A stretch of 63,199 nucleotides of DNA, the filler included, from Chiloscyllium plagiosum (lineage: Eukaryota), in NCBI RefSeq assembly GCF_004010195.1. It is 3 parts of one record of this genome, joined end to end, with 100 filler letters (N's around TTAATTAATTAA, not from the genome) between each part and the next. Parts side by side here need not be neighbours in the genome. Positions count along the whole stretch, not along the records: positions 1 to 21,539 come from NC_057712.1; 2 more parts are not named here. One strand, given 5' to 3'. The notes beneath the pieces were generated by a model. It made no database searches. It was not told the origin of the DNA and was given only the letters and a program-made list of their open reading frames with translations. The position numbers were made by a program, and so were the translations under genes. Below, one piece after another: positions 1-13,300 of the stretch (the first letter of the stretch is position 1; each line of letters opens with the position of its first letter).

Positions 1-660
1 CCCCTGGTAAGTCGTCCCCCCACAAGTATCCAAAACGGTATACTTGTTCTTGTGGGGGACGGCCGCAGGGGGTCCCTGCACTGGCTGCTTCCTCCCAGTC
101 CCCCTCACTGTCCCCTATCTATCTGCCATCTTTGGAGTTACTACTTCCCTAAGGCTCCGATCTATGACCCCCTCTGCCTCCCGAATGATCCTAAATTCAT
201 CCAACTCCAGCTCCAGTTCCCTAACACGGTCTTGGAGGAGCTGGAGATGGGTGCACTTCCTGCAAGTGTAATCAGCAGGGACGTCCATGGCATCCCTCAC
301 CTCAAACATGTTGCAAGAGGAACATTGCACTGCCTTCACTGCCATCCCTCTAAAAGTAGCCTTTTAAAAAGAAACTAGGTCTAAAGAATAGAACAAGCAA
401 AATGCAGCACTTACCTACTTACCACAACGGGTCTTATTATTAGGTTAGAGGAGGAGGACCTCTGTCGTGCCTTGGGTTCCTCTCCTGCGCGCTTTTATAG
501 GGAAAAAAACCTACCCAGGTAAGCTTGTGCTACACCAGCTTCCGGGTCCGCTCCGCACTTTGTAAAAAAAAAACTTTTAAATTTAAACCGTTAAACAAAC
601 GTCACCGAGCCTTCAAGCAGCCACTGCCAAACAGCCCTTACCTGCTCTGCTGAGAGAGTG
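1..660 (-). mobile_element. CR1 LINE 5' end (5' UTR and ORF1 N-terminus with zinc finger/leucine zipper)
   Basis: ORF 115-345 has CSSC..CRKC followed by LQDRVRELELEL. After a premature TAG the frame continues with PHKNKYTVLDT, typical of CR1 ORF1. Confidence 0.85.
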
Positions 661-1864
661 AGCTAGCAACCCAGCAACCCAGTAAAATCTAAAAAGAAAC
701 ATCTCTTAGAAAACCAAGTGAAAAGATTAGATCAAACATTCGGTCATCCCCAAAACTAATATTTCTAAACAGCCTACTATGTTACTTGTGTATCTAATAT
801 TTTTCCCAGACCATCAGCCCCTAAGTGTTCGCCTGTGGAGACAGTTTCTCAAACCTACTGGCCTTGCCCCATCTAAATTTGTGACTATGTGCTGTGTATT
901 CAAGTGTGCTGTCACGAGATAAATTTACAACCTGACTTTACAGACTTGTAATAAGGTAGCTTAGTGTAATTTCTCACTACGGTAACAACAGCAGAGACAA
1001 GCAGGGACACATTACACAAGAACAAGCATTTTTATGAATTCTAGAATTGTAAAATATCAGAAATACCCAAAGGAGAACCATCAGGTAGCAAGTAGCAATG
1101 AGAGAACTGTCAAAGGGAATGGTTATTTTCAGGGTCAAAGTTGTAGGTTTGAGTAGTTATAGGTTGTAGGTTTGTAGGTATAAGAAGTTAAAGCTGCTGG
1201 AGAGGTGGAGGAAATAGTTGCAGGCAATAGGCTAAACCGATTTTGACAGAAGTCAAGGGAAAATGGAAATCAGACCAAGGTTCAGAGTATTGGGCTCATG
1301 TTAACATTAAGAGCAGGCAGGAAGGACCTCCAGAAAGGATGTCAATGCCATTGCATCCAACTGAGAGTTCAGACAGGACCTTGTTTAACACTCTATCTGC
1401 ACCAATGCAGATGATAACTCAAGGATACAGCACTCCTTTACAGTAAAATTGAAACTTTGGCCTGGATTTATGCTGCAAAGTTTGATTGCTTAATATCTGT
1501 ATTTTTGGCGGTTTGTATTTTTTTTGCTTCATCTCAAACGTATGACTATATTTCTGATGAGGGAACCATTGTATTCATATAATTCACTGAATAACCAGTC
1601 ATATAATTAAATCCAGAGACTTTGAAGAAATGGATCAGGGTTGCAATAGTGAATGAACTAAACAGGGGCCATATTAAAGTGTTAATGTTGAGGAATGGAT
1701 TAATCACCACCTAATTTTACAATGTTGTATGGACTTGGGCTGGAGAATAAGGTTGGATCTTGACGAAGAGAGAGTTACCATCTTGGTCTCCCTCGCAGTC
1801 TTTGTAGCACTGTTTATTATCCAATTAGATAACTTTGAGTTTTTTCAAACAAGGTATAGGAGGT

Positions 1865-2060
1865 GCTGGTGTTGCACTGGGGTGGACAAAGTCAAACGTT
1901 ACACAACACTAGGTCATAGTCTAACAGGTTCATTTCAAATCTCAAGCTTTCAGAGCATAGCTCCTTCAGGCTACACCTGTTGAAGGAACAGTGCTCCGAA
2001 AGCTTGTGATTTCAAATGAATCAGTTGGGCTATAAATTGAAGTCGTGTGTTTATGACTTT
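1865..2060. mobile_element. Old fold-back Penelope-derived mini-element (family B)
   Basis: Inverted copies of the GAAAGCTTGTGATTTCAAAT..GTTGG.CTATAA terminal repeat, centred at ~1972. Confidence 0.7.
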
Positions 2061-2464
2061 TATCAAGCAATGATGTTGAATGCTATTCATTCTTACATAA
2101 GGGTCAATTTTACCTTATTGCAGAAGGTAATAAGGTTGCCTTCTGCAAGAAGGCAGAATGCAGCGAAAAAAGTGGAGACTTGCACAAGCTTGCAATATGC
2201 TAGTGGATACCATGGGTGCACAGTACTTTATTTTAGGCATATCCAGGCAATACCTCAGCGTTGCACTGTAGTGAGCATCACTTCATATTGAAAATGAGTA
2301 TTGGCCTCTTGGCTATTCAGGCATGAAGGCCAGTAAACCCTGTAGGAGTTTTTGTCACTTTTTGCTGAAGCTAAGAATATGAATTATTAAAATGTATCCT
2401 ATATCACACTTCACAACCCTAGTCAATCAGTCATTTACTTCTGTTCTAATTGTTTTCATCTGAA

Positions 2465-3450
2465 TATGAGCATCTCTCTGAGTTAGAAAATTGTGTGTTC
2501 AAGGTGCACTCTGGAACCTTGGATAAGCTTTTAAACTGAGACCCCCACTTGTCCCTTCAGGTGCTTAGATCCCAGGGCACTAGTTCCAAAGAGAGAGCGG
2601 GGCAGGCTACCAGACTCTCTGTCGTCCCATCCTGCAAACAATTCTGTTAAAAAACAGCAATGATCAAGATGCGGAGAAGCCGGTGTTGGACTGGGGTGGA
2701 CAAAGTTAAAAATCATACAACACCAGGTTATAGTCCAACAGGTTTAGTTGGAAGCACTAGCTTTCGGAGGGCTGCTCCTTCATCGGGTAGCTGTGGAGCC
2801 AGATCATAAGACACAGAATTTATAGCAAAAGATCACAGTGTCATGCAATTGGTATGACATATTGAACAAACTTAGATTGCTGTTAAGCTGAGATGTCACC
2901 TTTTTTTCCACAAAATCTTAAGTTATCTTGAGAATGTGACCCAAAGGAAGTTCTGGGATTTACATACCAAATGAACTGAAACTCACAACCCAAGCCAAAA
3001 GATGAAAGAGTCAACAGGAATCTAAGTTTACTCAATACATCGTATCAGTTGCATGCTTCGCACTGTGAGCTTTTGCTTTAAATTCTGTGCCTTATGATCC
3101 TGCTCCACAGCTACCTGATGAAGGAGCAGTGCTCCAAAAGCAAGTGCTTTTAGATAAACTTGTTGAACTATAAACCCGGTGTTGTGTGATTTTTAACTTT
3201 ATCAATGATCAATGCTGCTCTGAAAGTTTGTGATTTCAAATAAACCTGTTGGACTATAACCTGGTGTCACGTGACTTCTGAATATACATCAATTAATTGT
3301 TATCACATACAATTGTGGGAATTCTTGATTGCAGATTTGCTGACAGGCTTTCTTACGTTACTACATTTTCTAAATTAGTTCCTATTTTTGGAGTATTTTG
3401 CTGTGTCCGGAGGTTTTTAAAAATGCTACAGAAATACAAATATTTACTTT
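2465..3450 (+). mobile_element. Ancient Deu-domain-type SINE remnant (SacSINE/AmnSINE-like), interrupted by the Penelope-derived element
   Basis: GATCCCAGGGCACTAGTT..AAAGAGAG.G resembles the Deu core. TGTGGGA.TTCTTG..TGCAGATTTGCTG resembles the downstream part. Recognised from memory only. Confidence 0.4.
2668..3202. mobile_element. Fold-back Penelope-derived element (family B)
   Basis: Inverted arms at ~2702-2885 and ~3013-3200. 10-bp TSD CAATGATCAA at 2658-2667 and 3203-3212. A further tail fragment follows at 3213-3280. Confidence 0.8.
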
Positions 3451-5564
3451 ATTTTATGTTAAAGACTTTTAAAAAAATCATTAAGGTATGCTGCAAGATT
3501 GATTCCGATCTGAAATCTGTTACTGATGACCTTTTTAAGACAATGGAACACAGTGATACTTTATTTAGTCATTCCTGAGCAGCCACTTTAATAAGAATAT
3601 TTCAGCTGAAACAACTCAAATAAAGGCTGATGTTTCTTTCTTAACTGTTGATTCATTGGATTATGTTTTTAAATTGAATGACTCAATGATTTCTTTCACT
3701 GAGCAATGACATCCTCCCCAGCTTCCAACAGCTTTTCACAACAATGCAGGTCCCCATGAGGGGAAGAGGGATGAATGGGTGAGAAGTTGCTTTTGTTCCC
3801 CAGAGAAAGTGGGCAAGACTGACTGGCCCCACCTCAGCATGACACCTGGACCATGTCCTGATCTGAAAGGTGAAATGGATCAGGGACCACTGTCTGTTTA
3901 TTTGTTCTCCTTCTGTTTGGAGACTTCCCCTGATTAATTGCTCACTTGTAATTACCGCTGTTAACTAATGTCAAGTCGAATTAACCTGTTCTTAGTTCAG
4001 TACTTCAGCAATCGCAGTCTCAGGGAGAGGGTCTCAAGGCAAGAGGCTTCAGGGATGTGCCACACTTACCCATTCGTTTATTTACTTTGAGCCTTGTTTG
4101 CTATTCCTGAGCAGGGCTTGGCGACAGCTTTCTAAAATGCCCCATCAAGTCTAATTGGCCTCACTGAAATAGCAGTGAACACAAGACGTAAGCAATGTTT
4201 TCTGAAAAAACTTCTGGTCCTTGAGATGCTTCAAGATCATGTTTCACTTTAGGCTAAAGTCACACAGTATTCTCTGCAACTTTCATTAGAAGTAATGGAA
4301 AGCGAAAAAAGAAACATGTCTCTTTGTGGTTTTTAGGAATTAGGGACAAGGGGATTGAAGGAGATTTGGTGGTTACACAGCAATGCATCTATAAAATCCT
4401 TAGTCTATGCCAAAGTTAACAGATTCAAGGTATTTAATATCAAAGTTTTCCAATTTCTGGTTCCATAAATACATATCTGATTGTAAAAACAAAGCCAAGA
4501 GGTTCATGCTGATTGTTTAAATAAAGAAATGTTTAATTATGAACGTTTGGGAATATACTTGTGCAGTATTGTCTCACTGTCCTTCGTTTCTTTTTGGCCT
4601 TTGTAGCTGGTGAGAAAAATAAACTTTAGCCCTATCAATTTAACCACCAAATAATTTGTAAGTTTATTCTCATTCTTTGGTCATATTTTTAACTTATTTT
4701 CTTCTCTTTTACTGCCTGATCTGTCTGCTCACTGCTGTCTCGTCCTATTTAGGCCATATGCACAATAGATTTATCAATAGCTGTGATCCTGCATCAGGAA
4801 ATGTGATATAAGAACCATAAACGGGATCATTTCTGGCCATCCCATAGCACATTATCCAGGAATTAAAGATTAGTCTTCTAGGATAATGCTAATCCTGGAG
4901 AAAAGATATGTGTTTTATGTGTTTTTTTGTTTCTTGATTCTCAAATATTGAAGATGGAAAAGTCTATTTAGTTAGGTGGGGTTAATGGAGCAGTGAGATC
5001 ATGTGATGAAAACTCTGGGTATACATCCAACCAGACTTTAAATTCTTAGCTTGACCCTGCTTGCAATTTTTCCAAAGTTCTGTGACAGAATACCTCACTT
5101 TCTTGAAATTTTTGTATCTAGTGTGAAATCGGTGTGTTACATTAAATTCTATATTTGTTATTTTATGAATAAAATTAACCAACCTTTTATTTTTAAAATG
5201 TACCAATGAGGTGCTGTAGGGATTTGTTCTTGTGGAGTAACATTTGGGGAATGAAGTTTGAAGGGTCCTTTCTTATTTCTGCTTATTGTACTTTGTTGAT
5301 ATCATCCGGCTTGTTTGCAATTTTAACTCAATGGCCTGAGTGGGAAAGTTGCTGTGATGTGGATCCAGGCCAGAAGAGTTCAGGGAAATCCCTCTTTTGC
5401 TGCTTTGCCTGTGAAAGCAGTAGAGACAGAAGTGATTCTCTGGGCTTCACAAAGAAATATTATGCCTCACATTTATTGCTCACAAGATAAACATATCAGC
5501 AGATCCTGCTACTGAGCTGTCTTATTGAACAGTCTTCAATCTGCAATATAGCTGCTACATCATA

Positions 5565-6355
5565 AGATGGGCCAATGGGCTGAGGGGTGGCAGATGGAGT
5601 TTAATTTAGATAAATGTGAGGTGCTGCATTTTGGAAAGGCAAGTCAGGACCGGACTTACACACTTAATGCTAGGGCCCTGGGGAGTGTTGCTGAACTAAA
5701 AGATCTTAGAGTGCAGGTTCATAGCTCTTTGCAAGTGAGTCACAGGTAGATAGGATAGTGAAGAAGGTTTTTGGTATGCTTCCTTTATTGGTCAGAACAT
5801 TGAGTATAGGAGTTGGGAGGTCATGTTGTGGCTGTACAGGACATTGGTTAGGCCACGATCAGAAAGATGTTGTGAAACTTGAAAGGGTTCAAAAAAGATT
5901 TACAAGGATGTTGGCAGGGTTGGAGGATTTGAGCTATAGGAAGAGGCTGAATGGAGTGAGGCTATTTTCCCTGGAACGTCAGAGGCTGAAGGGTGACCTT
6001 ATAGATGTTTATAAAACCATGAAGGACATTGGTAGGATAAATAGACAAGGTCTTTTCCATGGGGTTGGGGAGTCCAGAACTGGAGGGCATAGGTTTAAAG
6101 TGAGAGGGGAAAAAATTAAAAGGGAACTAGGGGACAGCTTTTTCACACAGAGGGTGGTGCAAGTATGGAATGAGCTGCCAGAGGAAGTGGTGGAGGCTGG
6201 TACAATTTGAAAGGCATCTGGATGGGTATATGAATAGGAAGAGTTTAGAGGGTCAAGTGCTGGCAAATGGGACTAGATTAGGTTGAGATATCTGGTCGGC
6301 ATAGATGAATTGGACCGAATGGTCTGTTTCCATGCTGTACATCTCTATGACTCTA
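5565..6355 (+). mobile_element. 5'-truncated CR1 LINE (HER1-like), RT C-terminus and 3' tail
   Basis: WQMEFNLDKCEVLHFG, LERVQKRFTRM, FFTQRVVQVWNELP. Tail GGTCTGTTTCCATGCTGTACATCTCTATGACTCTAT. Confidence 0.92.
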
Positions 6356-6748
6356 TATTGGCAGGATTTAAGTGATGTCTCGGAGCTTAAGTACTGCCAA
6401 TCTCATTTTGAGAACATCAGGTGAATTGAACTCGTATTGTTACTCATGCACTGAAAGCTGGCCCAGAGTTAAAATTGAACCATGTGATTTATCAATCTAT
6501 ACCATGTGGTATATACCATTTGGTATCTATACCAAATGTCTATGTCAATTCTGTTGTCACGATGTAGAAACCATGGTAATAAACAGCACATCAGTAAAAT
6601 AATGCTTTGAGCTTTCTTAAAGTTTTTTCTGTGATTCAGTTTAATAATTATTATCACTTTAGGACAAAACCAGGACACTGTGAAATACTTCTGGAGAAAG
6701 CTAATGTTGATGACCAAAGATAATTTTAAAGCAAGAAATGAATTTTGT

Positions 6749-7062
6749 GGGCGGCACGGTGGCACAGTGGTTAGCACTGTTGCCTCGCAGCGCCAGAGAC
6801 CCGGGTTCAATTCCCGCCTCAGGCGACTGACTGTGTGGAGTTTGCACGTTCTCCCCGTGTCTGCGTGGGTTTCCTCCGGGTGCTCCGGTTTCCTCCCACA
6901 GTCCAAAGATGTGCAGGGCCAGGTGAATTGGCCATGCTAAATTGCCCGTAGTGTTAGGTAAGGGGTAAATGTGGGGGTATGGGTGGGTTCGCTTCGGCGG
7001 GTCGGTGTGGACTTGTTGGGCCGAAGGGCCTGTTTCCACACTGTAATCTAATCTAATCTAAT
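6749..7062 (+). mobile_element. HE1-type tRNA-derived SINE
   Basis: GGCACGGTGGCACAGTGGTTAGCAC (A box), GGGTTCAATTCC (B box), CR1-like tail GGGCCGAAGGGCCTGTTTCCACACTGT and (AATCT)n. Confidence 0.92.
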
Positions 7063-7316
7063 GTAATGATAACCATTGCAGAGTGCAAACATTGGCTGTG
7101 CACTCATTAGAACACTAGAAATGTATAATTAGTAATTCTGTATTGATAAACATTCTGCATAACATTACATAATGTTTGAAAAACATTTTGTTTTCTTTCT
7201 ATTACTGTTTTGCATTTCTCATCATAGCATGGTCAAGATCAAGTTCTGCCTCATTTTTCAGGAAGGAGATCTATGACAGTTTGACAATAGTCACTTACAC
7301 CAACTCTTGTGAACTG

Positions 7317-7417
7317 AGAATCAGAATCGAGAAGTGTGGTACTGGAAAAGCACAACAGGTCAGGCAGCATCCGAGGAGCAGGAGAGTCGAGAGGCCACTA
7401 ACCCTTCATTAGGAATG
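7317..7417 (-). mobile_element. Penelope 3'-end fragment (family A)
   Basis: CTGGAAAAGCAC..CAGGTCAGGCAGCATCCGAGGAGCAGGAG repeat shared with many other copies in the window. Confidence 0.75.
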
Positions 7418-8040
7418 TCCATGCTTCAGGAAAAGTTCAGATCACATCCAAAAGGGATTTGAGAATCATGATCTTCAATTCACCTAAGTCTATAACTTCT
7501 GATTTGAGCAGTGGCTAACATATAGCCAGAGTTAAGCCTGCTGTTGAGTGGTACACACCTCAGCAGGGGGAACACTATCATAAAGGAGTAGCAGATCAAG
7601 CTGGCCTGCTTTATTTAAAGCCAGAATGTGTCTCCTAAAGGAGAGATGCGTTTTGACTTGAGCAGGTGCAGGAAGTCATTATAAAGTGAGGACAGACACA
7701 AGGTGACAGGGTGTGTTCTAAGGTTCTCTAACTGAAAAGAATGTGGTCGGCATGGACGAGTTGGACAAAGGGTCTGCTTCCGTGCTGTACATCTCTATGA
7801 CTCAATGACTAGGTTACATAGCTCCTCGTCCTTAGGACTCAGGAAGGAGATCTTGGAGTAGTTTGATACAATGGAGCAAATTTCGAGCAAAAAAATCAAT
7901 GATCACTGCTAAGCTCAGTTCATAAATCATCACAATATCATTTTCAAAATATTAAGAACAAACAGTATTTAATCTATTTTTCTAATCAACCTTTTCAGCA
8001 AGGGTAGGAACACTACCAGTGTGCCTTCAAGACAGCCTTG

Positions 8041-8150
8041 AAAAATATGGAGCATTTCACAAATTTGTGTGTCACCCTTGCACAAGGGCCTTGCTAATCT
8101 TCCCTGTCCCATTCCAATTTCAGTATATGTGCTGCTTAGGCTATAAGCAT
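8041..8150 (-). pseudogene. RNU6: Full-length degenerate U6 snRNA pseudogene
   Basis: Reverse complement aligns end to end with U6 (GCAGCACATATACT..AATTGGAA...AAGATTAGCA.GGCCC.TG.GCAAGG.TGACAC.CAAATT.GTGAA...CCATATTTTT). CpGs have decayed and the ACAGAGA box reads ACAGGGA. Confidence 0.92.
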
Positions 8151-9847
8151 TGAATTTGATGCAGATATTGACAAATCAGATCATAAACGTGAGTTCAATG
8201 TTGCAAAACCAGATGTCAAGTGACAGCCTACTTATCCATAAGAGAAAACATTCTCTGTACTTAAGTGATTGTTGAGAAGTGAACTTTTCTCAGTTGGTGT
8301 ATAAATCTTACATCTGATTGTACATGACAGAGTGCATTGTAGAGTTGGTAATAAGTTACAATGTGTGCTAATATTAATGTTGAAGTTGAATGCCTCATTA
8401 TTTTTAAGTTTATTGCTTACATTTTTTAAAAAACAAAGCACTGAAACATGCAAAATGTCTCATTTTCTAAGAAGTGAGAGGATGCAGCGTACTGAAAATT
8501 ATATTGTACCTTTTGTCCACTTAAGGCTACCTTACACATATGTACCAGCAGAGGAATGAATAAAGGAATCCATGTTTTAATGGAACATGCAGTTCTGAAT
8601 CTGAATGCATTTTGTTGAATCTTACTGCCTTTTTCTCAAGGTCTTCACATGAAGCTCCTTGGGATTTTGTATGGTTGTGAATGTCATTTACTTGTGCTAT
8701 TTCCTTCATCACATACTGTTTATATTCCCATTTACAGATACCAGCAATTATGGACAATAAGTGCTGGCCTTGCAAACACCCATATTCTATGAATGTATTT
8801 TGTAAATGTAGTCGTAGAAAATGCCTGTTTAAACTTCCAGAATAATATCGATGAATAATAACTTTGTCTCTCAAACAAAGCACCATAGATGTGGTTCCAA
8901 TTGTAATTGTTGCTTTTCTGAAACAATTGAAAAGAACATGTCTCACAGAAATCAAGAGATATTGGCCATCTGTAAGCGAATAGTTGAGTTGCCAACTGCT
9001 TGATGTTTCAGGCCACAGTGTGTGTAAACACTGTCAGAGCTTGATCAGATTATGTAATAGATCTTAAGAGCAAATTGTATGCACACTGGGAAGGGGGAAA
9101 ATCTAAACGAGGGTCATTAGGAGTTAAGGGTCAATGAAACCTGTGGAGACAATCATGATCAAAAGGAACTAAAATTCTTATTATTATCTACCAAAGTTGA
9201 TGACGGGTACATTAACATTTTGTAAACTGAGTTCATAACATGGTAAGCACTACAACATCAAAGTCTGCTTGCTTTCTAGGATGGATAATAAGGGTGATTC
9301 CCAAACCTTTCTTAAATTTATACCCAATTTTCTTTTCCATAAATGAGGATTGGGTCAGGAACTACGTTATTTTAAAATTAATATGAATACTCTATCCAGG
9401 AATATTTGAATCTTAATCAAAAGAAAATGTAAAGCCTCTAAATCTGAAATAAAACCAGAACAGATTTTTAAATGTAGAGCAAGGTCATTAATATTTTAAA
9501 AAGCAGATATAGAGCATAATAGCACAAACAAATAAAAATGATAGCTATGCATAAATTAGTTTAATTGTTAAAGCAATGTATAGTACCGGCAATCTATATT
9601 AGCTGTTAGCCTTGACGCAATGATTGTACTATCACCTCCGAGTCAAAAAGGCTACGAGTTCGTTCCCCTTTGTAGACTTAAGTCAACAATCTAAACAGAC
9701 AATTCAGTGCAGTCCTTTAGCTTACTTATCACTCATCTCAACTCTTAACCAGTTCATGATTCACTTTTCTTTGATAACCTTCTCAATAATAATGTCTGAA
9801 GCAAAATGTTTAGGAAATGCTTATAGCTAATTATTGACAGGTATTAA

Positions 9848-10205
9848 AGGGTAGCATGGTGACTCAGTGGTTAGCACCACTTCCTCAGAATACTAGGGAC
9901 CCACGTTCAATTCCACCCTCGGCTGACTGTGTGGAGTTTGCACATTCTCTCCGTGTCTGTGTGGGTTTCCTCCAGGTGCTTCAGTTTCATCCCACCATCC
10001 AAAGATGTACAGGTCAGGTGGATTGGCCATGCTAAATTGCCCATTGTGTCCAGGGATATGTAGGCTAGGTGGGTTAGCCATGGGTAATGCAGGGTTACGG
10101 GGATTGGGTAGGGGTGGGGGGGTTCTGGGTAGGGTGCTCTTCAGAAGGTAAGTGTGAACATTATGTGCTGAATGGCCTGATTCCATGGTGTAGGAATTCC
10201 ATGAA
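9848..10205 (+). mobile_element. Older HE1-type SINE
   Basis: CAGTGGTTAGCAC...GTTCAATTCC...TGTGTGGAGTTTGCACATTCTC...GGCCATGCTAAATTGCCC. Confidence 0.85.
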
Positions 10206-10432
10206 TCTTCTCCATCTCACTCAGAGGTCACACTTAGTTTTTAAACTATTCCACTTACACTGATGCATAGTTCTTATGCACACTGAAACACAGAAAGTTT
10301 ATAGTACAGGTGGAGATCTTACAGTCCATTTTGTCCAGGCCAGCCAGAAAATGAGTTATCCAGCCCAATCCTACTTTCCAGCTCATGATCTGTAGCCCTG
10401 GGGGTCAAATGTATTTTCTAAATGTGATGAGA

Positions 10433-10435
<3 letters not shown>

Positions 10436-10471
<36 letters not shown>
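10436..10471. repeat. (CT)n microsatellite within a CR1 tail fragment
   Basis: Directly visible. Confidence 0.95.
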
Positions 10472-10472
<1 letters not shown>

Positions 10473-11306
10473 AGTAGTGAGTTCCTGACCACTACCGCCT
10501 TCTGGGTAAAAAACAACTCTCCTTAATATCCTTTAACTAATTATTTTAAATTATGCTCTCAGAGAGTATGCAAATACTTGAACACTCATAACAGACATCA
10601 TTATTTACATTATTTTGAATTTCTTTCTCAATTTGCCCCAATAGCTTTCCTTATTCTGCCCCGAACCTGTTATTTTTATTTAGTCTTCACTATTGTAACA
10701 TACTGAACTTGGTATATTATAAGAAAAACATTTCCTTAAGGGAAAATGGGGTAAATCTCTAATTCTTTTTCCAACTCTTTGCTAAAAATGATCTCAGGGT
10801 TATCACGTTTAGTCCTAAAGGTGGGTCACCAAATTATTTTCACTGACCAGTAGACTTCCAACATCCTGTCAAAATTTATCTTTACTGTGAAGTAAATTAA
10901 TAATTTCTTAACAATTACGAGGAAGTCACAGAGATACATTTATCAATTGAAACCCATAGCTGGCAGCAATTAAATTTAACACTGACTATGGAAATTGCTG
11001 TAATGATTCTGAAAGGGTTAATGATGAAAATTGCATTAAGCTCCACTTAATCTGTTGATGTTACTAAGACTTGAGTGGGGAAGGCAGAATAACTGAACCT
11101 TATAGGTCTCTCCTTAGAGTTTGTAACAATATCTATCTTATCAATGTGACTGGTTATTTTGCAATAAACTACATTTTGGTTATGATTAAAGTCTCTTCTC
11201 ATTTGACTAGCAATTGCCTTTCCTACCAAAGTAGGTTAATGGATATCAACCAGGAAAAAGGACAGTGACAACAACTTTACCTTTTGCTAACCAAATATCC
11301 AGCCAG

Positions 11307-11380
11307 CTTGTGATAGATGGTGATATAGGTGATTGTCTGATTACTTGTGATAGATGGTGATATAGGTGATTGTCTGATTA
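11307..11380. repeat. Perfect 37-bp tandem duplication
   Basis: CTTGTGATAGATGGTGATATAGGTGATTGTCTGATTA x2. Confidence 0.95.
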
Positions 11381-11509
11381 CTTGGTTGAGCTGCATCATT
11401 GCAAAACAAATAAGTGGCCGATTGAAAAATACCACAACACAACTGAGGCCATGATCTGATGGGGTTCTGCATTGTCAGCAGTGTAACCTTGAACTGACTC
11501 AGATGTCAA

Positions 11510-11895
11510 GGAACAAAGAACAAATAACAGTACAGCGCAAGAATAGGTCCTTCAGCCCACCAATGCTGCACCAACTCATGATGCCTTTCTAAGTTATAAA
11601 CCTTTTGTCTCTATGCAGTCTGTATCCCTCTACTCCCTGTCTCTTTGTGTATCTGTTAGGCTGCCTCTCAAATGTGGATTAGTGTTGCTGGAAGAGCACA
11701 GCGGTTCAGGTAGCATCCAAGGAGCAGCAAAATCGACGTTTCGGGCAAAAGCCCTTCATCATTTGCTGTGGTGTCTGCTTCCACAACCTTTTCTGGCATT
11801 GTATTCCAGGCACTTAACACCCTCTGTCTAAAAAATGTTGCTCTCATATCTCCTTTAAAATTTCTCCCTTTTACCATAAACCTATGTTCCCCAGT
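11510..11895 (-). mobile_element. CR1 3' end interrupted by a family A Penelope fragment (11672-11761)
   Basis: FFRQRVLSAWNTMPEKVVEA in ORF 11668-11928. The tail is visible at 11510-11570. Confidence 0.75.
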
Positions 11896-12269
11896 CAGCT
11901 CAAGTAAACGTAAAGGATTCTGTTGCATGGCTCATGATTCTCCATATTTAATGTTGGAGATCGTATTTGGCTCCAGTCAATTCAATGCTGTCCCATTATT
12001 TTTGGGAAGAGAATAGAGAGTCTATTGTGAGGTCCCAATGCAGATGGACGTGTCCTCTTTTGCTCTTGTGTGCCTGTTGCTGCCATGCAGAACAACATGT
12101 TTTTTTTAAGACAGGTTGAGGCTGAATGCTGTTTTTACCTCTACAGCTCTACCTCTACAATTAGATAGGCCCCTAGACTCGATATAGAAAGGAGGCTTTA
12201 GATATCTTGGTTAGCTCAGCTGACTAGAACTGCATGCAGATCTGGTTTCTATCCAACAATAAGGATAGA

Positions 12270-12755
12270 ATGGTTGTATGGAGGTGGTGCAGACAAGATT
12301 CACCAGGATGGTGCCTGGGATGGAGTATCTCAGTGATAGAGAGAGGCTGGATAAGCTCAGGTTGTTTTCTTTGGAACAGAGAAGGTTGACGGTTGTGCAG
12401 GTTAATTGAGGTGTATAAGATTATGAGGGGCATGGATAGAAAGCAGCTTTTTTCCTTAGTTGAAGGGTCAAGAACAAGTGGACACATTTCTAAAGTGAAA
12501 TGTGGAATGCTTAGAGGGGACTTGAGGAAAATGTTTTTAACCCAGAGGGTAGTGGGGGGGGGGGTCTGAAATGCACTCTTTGGGAGGGCAGTTGAGTGGA
12601 TAACCTCACAACCTTTTCAATGTACTTGGATACACAGCAGAAGTGTCATAACATTCAAGGCTGTGGGCCTAGTGCGGGAAAAGTGGGTAGTATGTTTTGT
12701 TTTAGTAGTGCTGACTTGATGGCCAAAGGGCCTCATTTGTACAATCTGATTCTCG
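12270..12755 (+). mobile_element. CR1 3' fragment
   Basis: QTRFTRMVPGM...ERLDKLRLFSLEQRRL-like coding sequence followed by a CR1 tail. Confidence 0.8.
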
Positions 12756-13300
12756 ATGAATAGCACATTGTACATTAAGAAGCCAATAGTGCACCAACTA
12801 TGAAAGAAAATGGAGCTTGCTCACCCACAGATTTTCAAACTTGATATTCTCAAGCTGTTTCTAACCAATCATCTCTGTCTCATGGGGGATAAAAAGCTCA
12901 TTTGGACTATGGCTCCATTCTATATAATTTCTTCCTACTTTGAAACAATATTTTGTGTGCTACATGACTGCTTTTGCACTCTCCTCACTTCCTCACCCTT
13001 GAATATGGCTGGAAGCTGCTGTAGCTTCCATACCCACTGGAGCACTCTGTCTCTTTCCAGCAGGGAGCTGGGGTGAAGACTGTTGCACTTGGCAGTCCCA
13101 TGCAATAAAATACTCAGCAGGTTCCCTGGGTGCCAGGCCACAAGCAGCTTTTGTGGCTTGGAGGAAACTATGTTCCATATTTATGTTGAATGCTTTATTT
13201 AAATTTAATTAAGTAAAAGTCTTTTACAGTATTGGTTGAATCCAGCACCCTCCACCTACAAAATAGAGGATGTGTGTGTGGAGGTGTGCGTGCGTGTTGG

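Noticed and set aside
6749..6820. tRNA-like heads with A/B boxes
   Set aside because: They continue into HE1 SINE bodies and tails, so they are not tRNA genes.
8527..8955. 142-aa minus-strand ORF with a GTAAGG donor-like site
   Set aside because: No recognisable protein similarity, no convincing acceptor and no partner exons.
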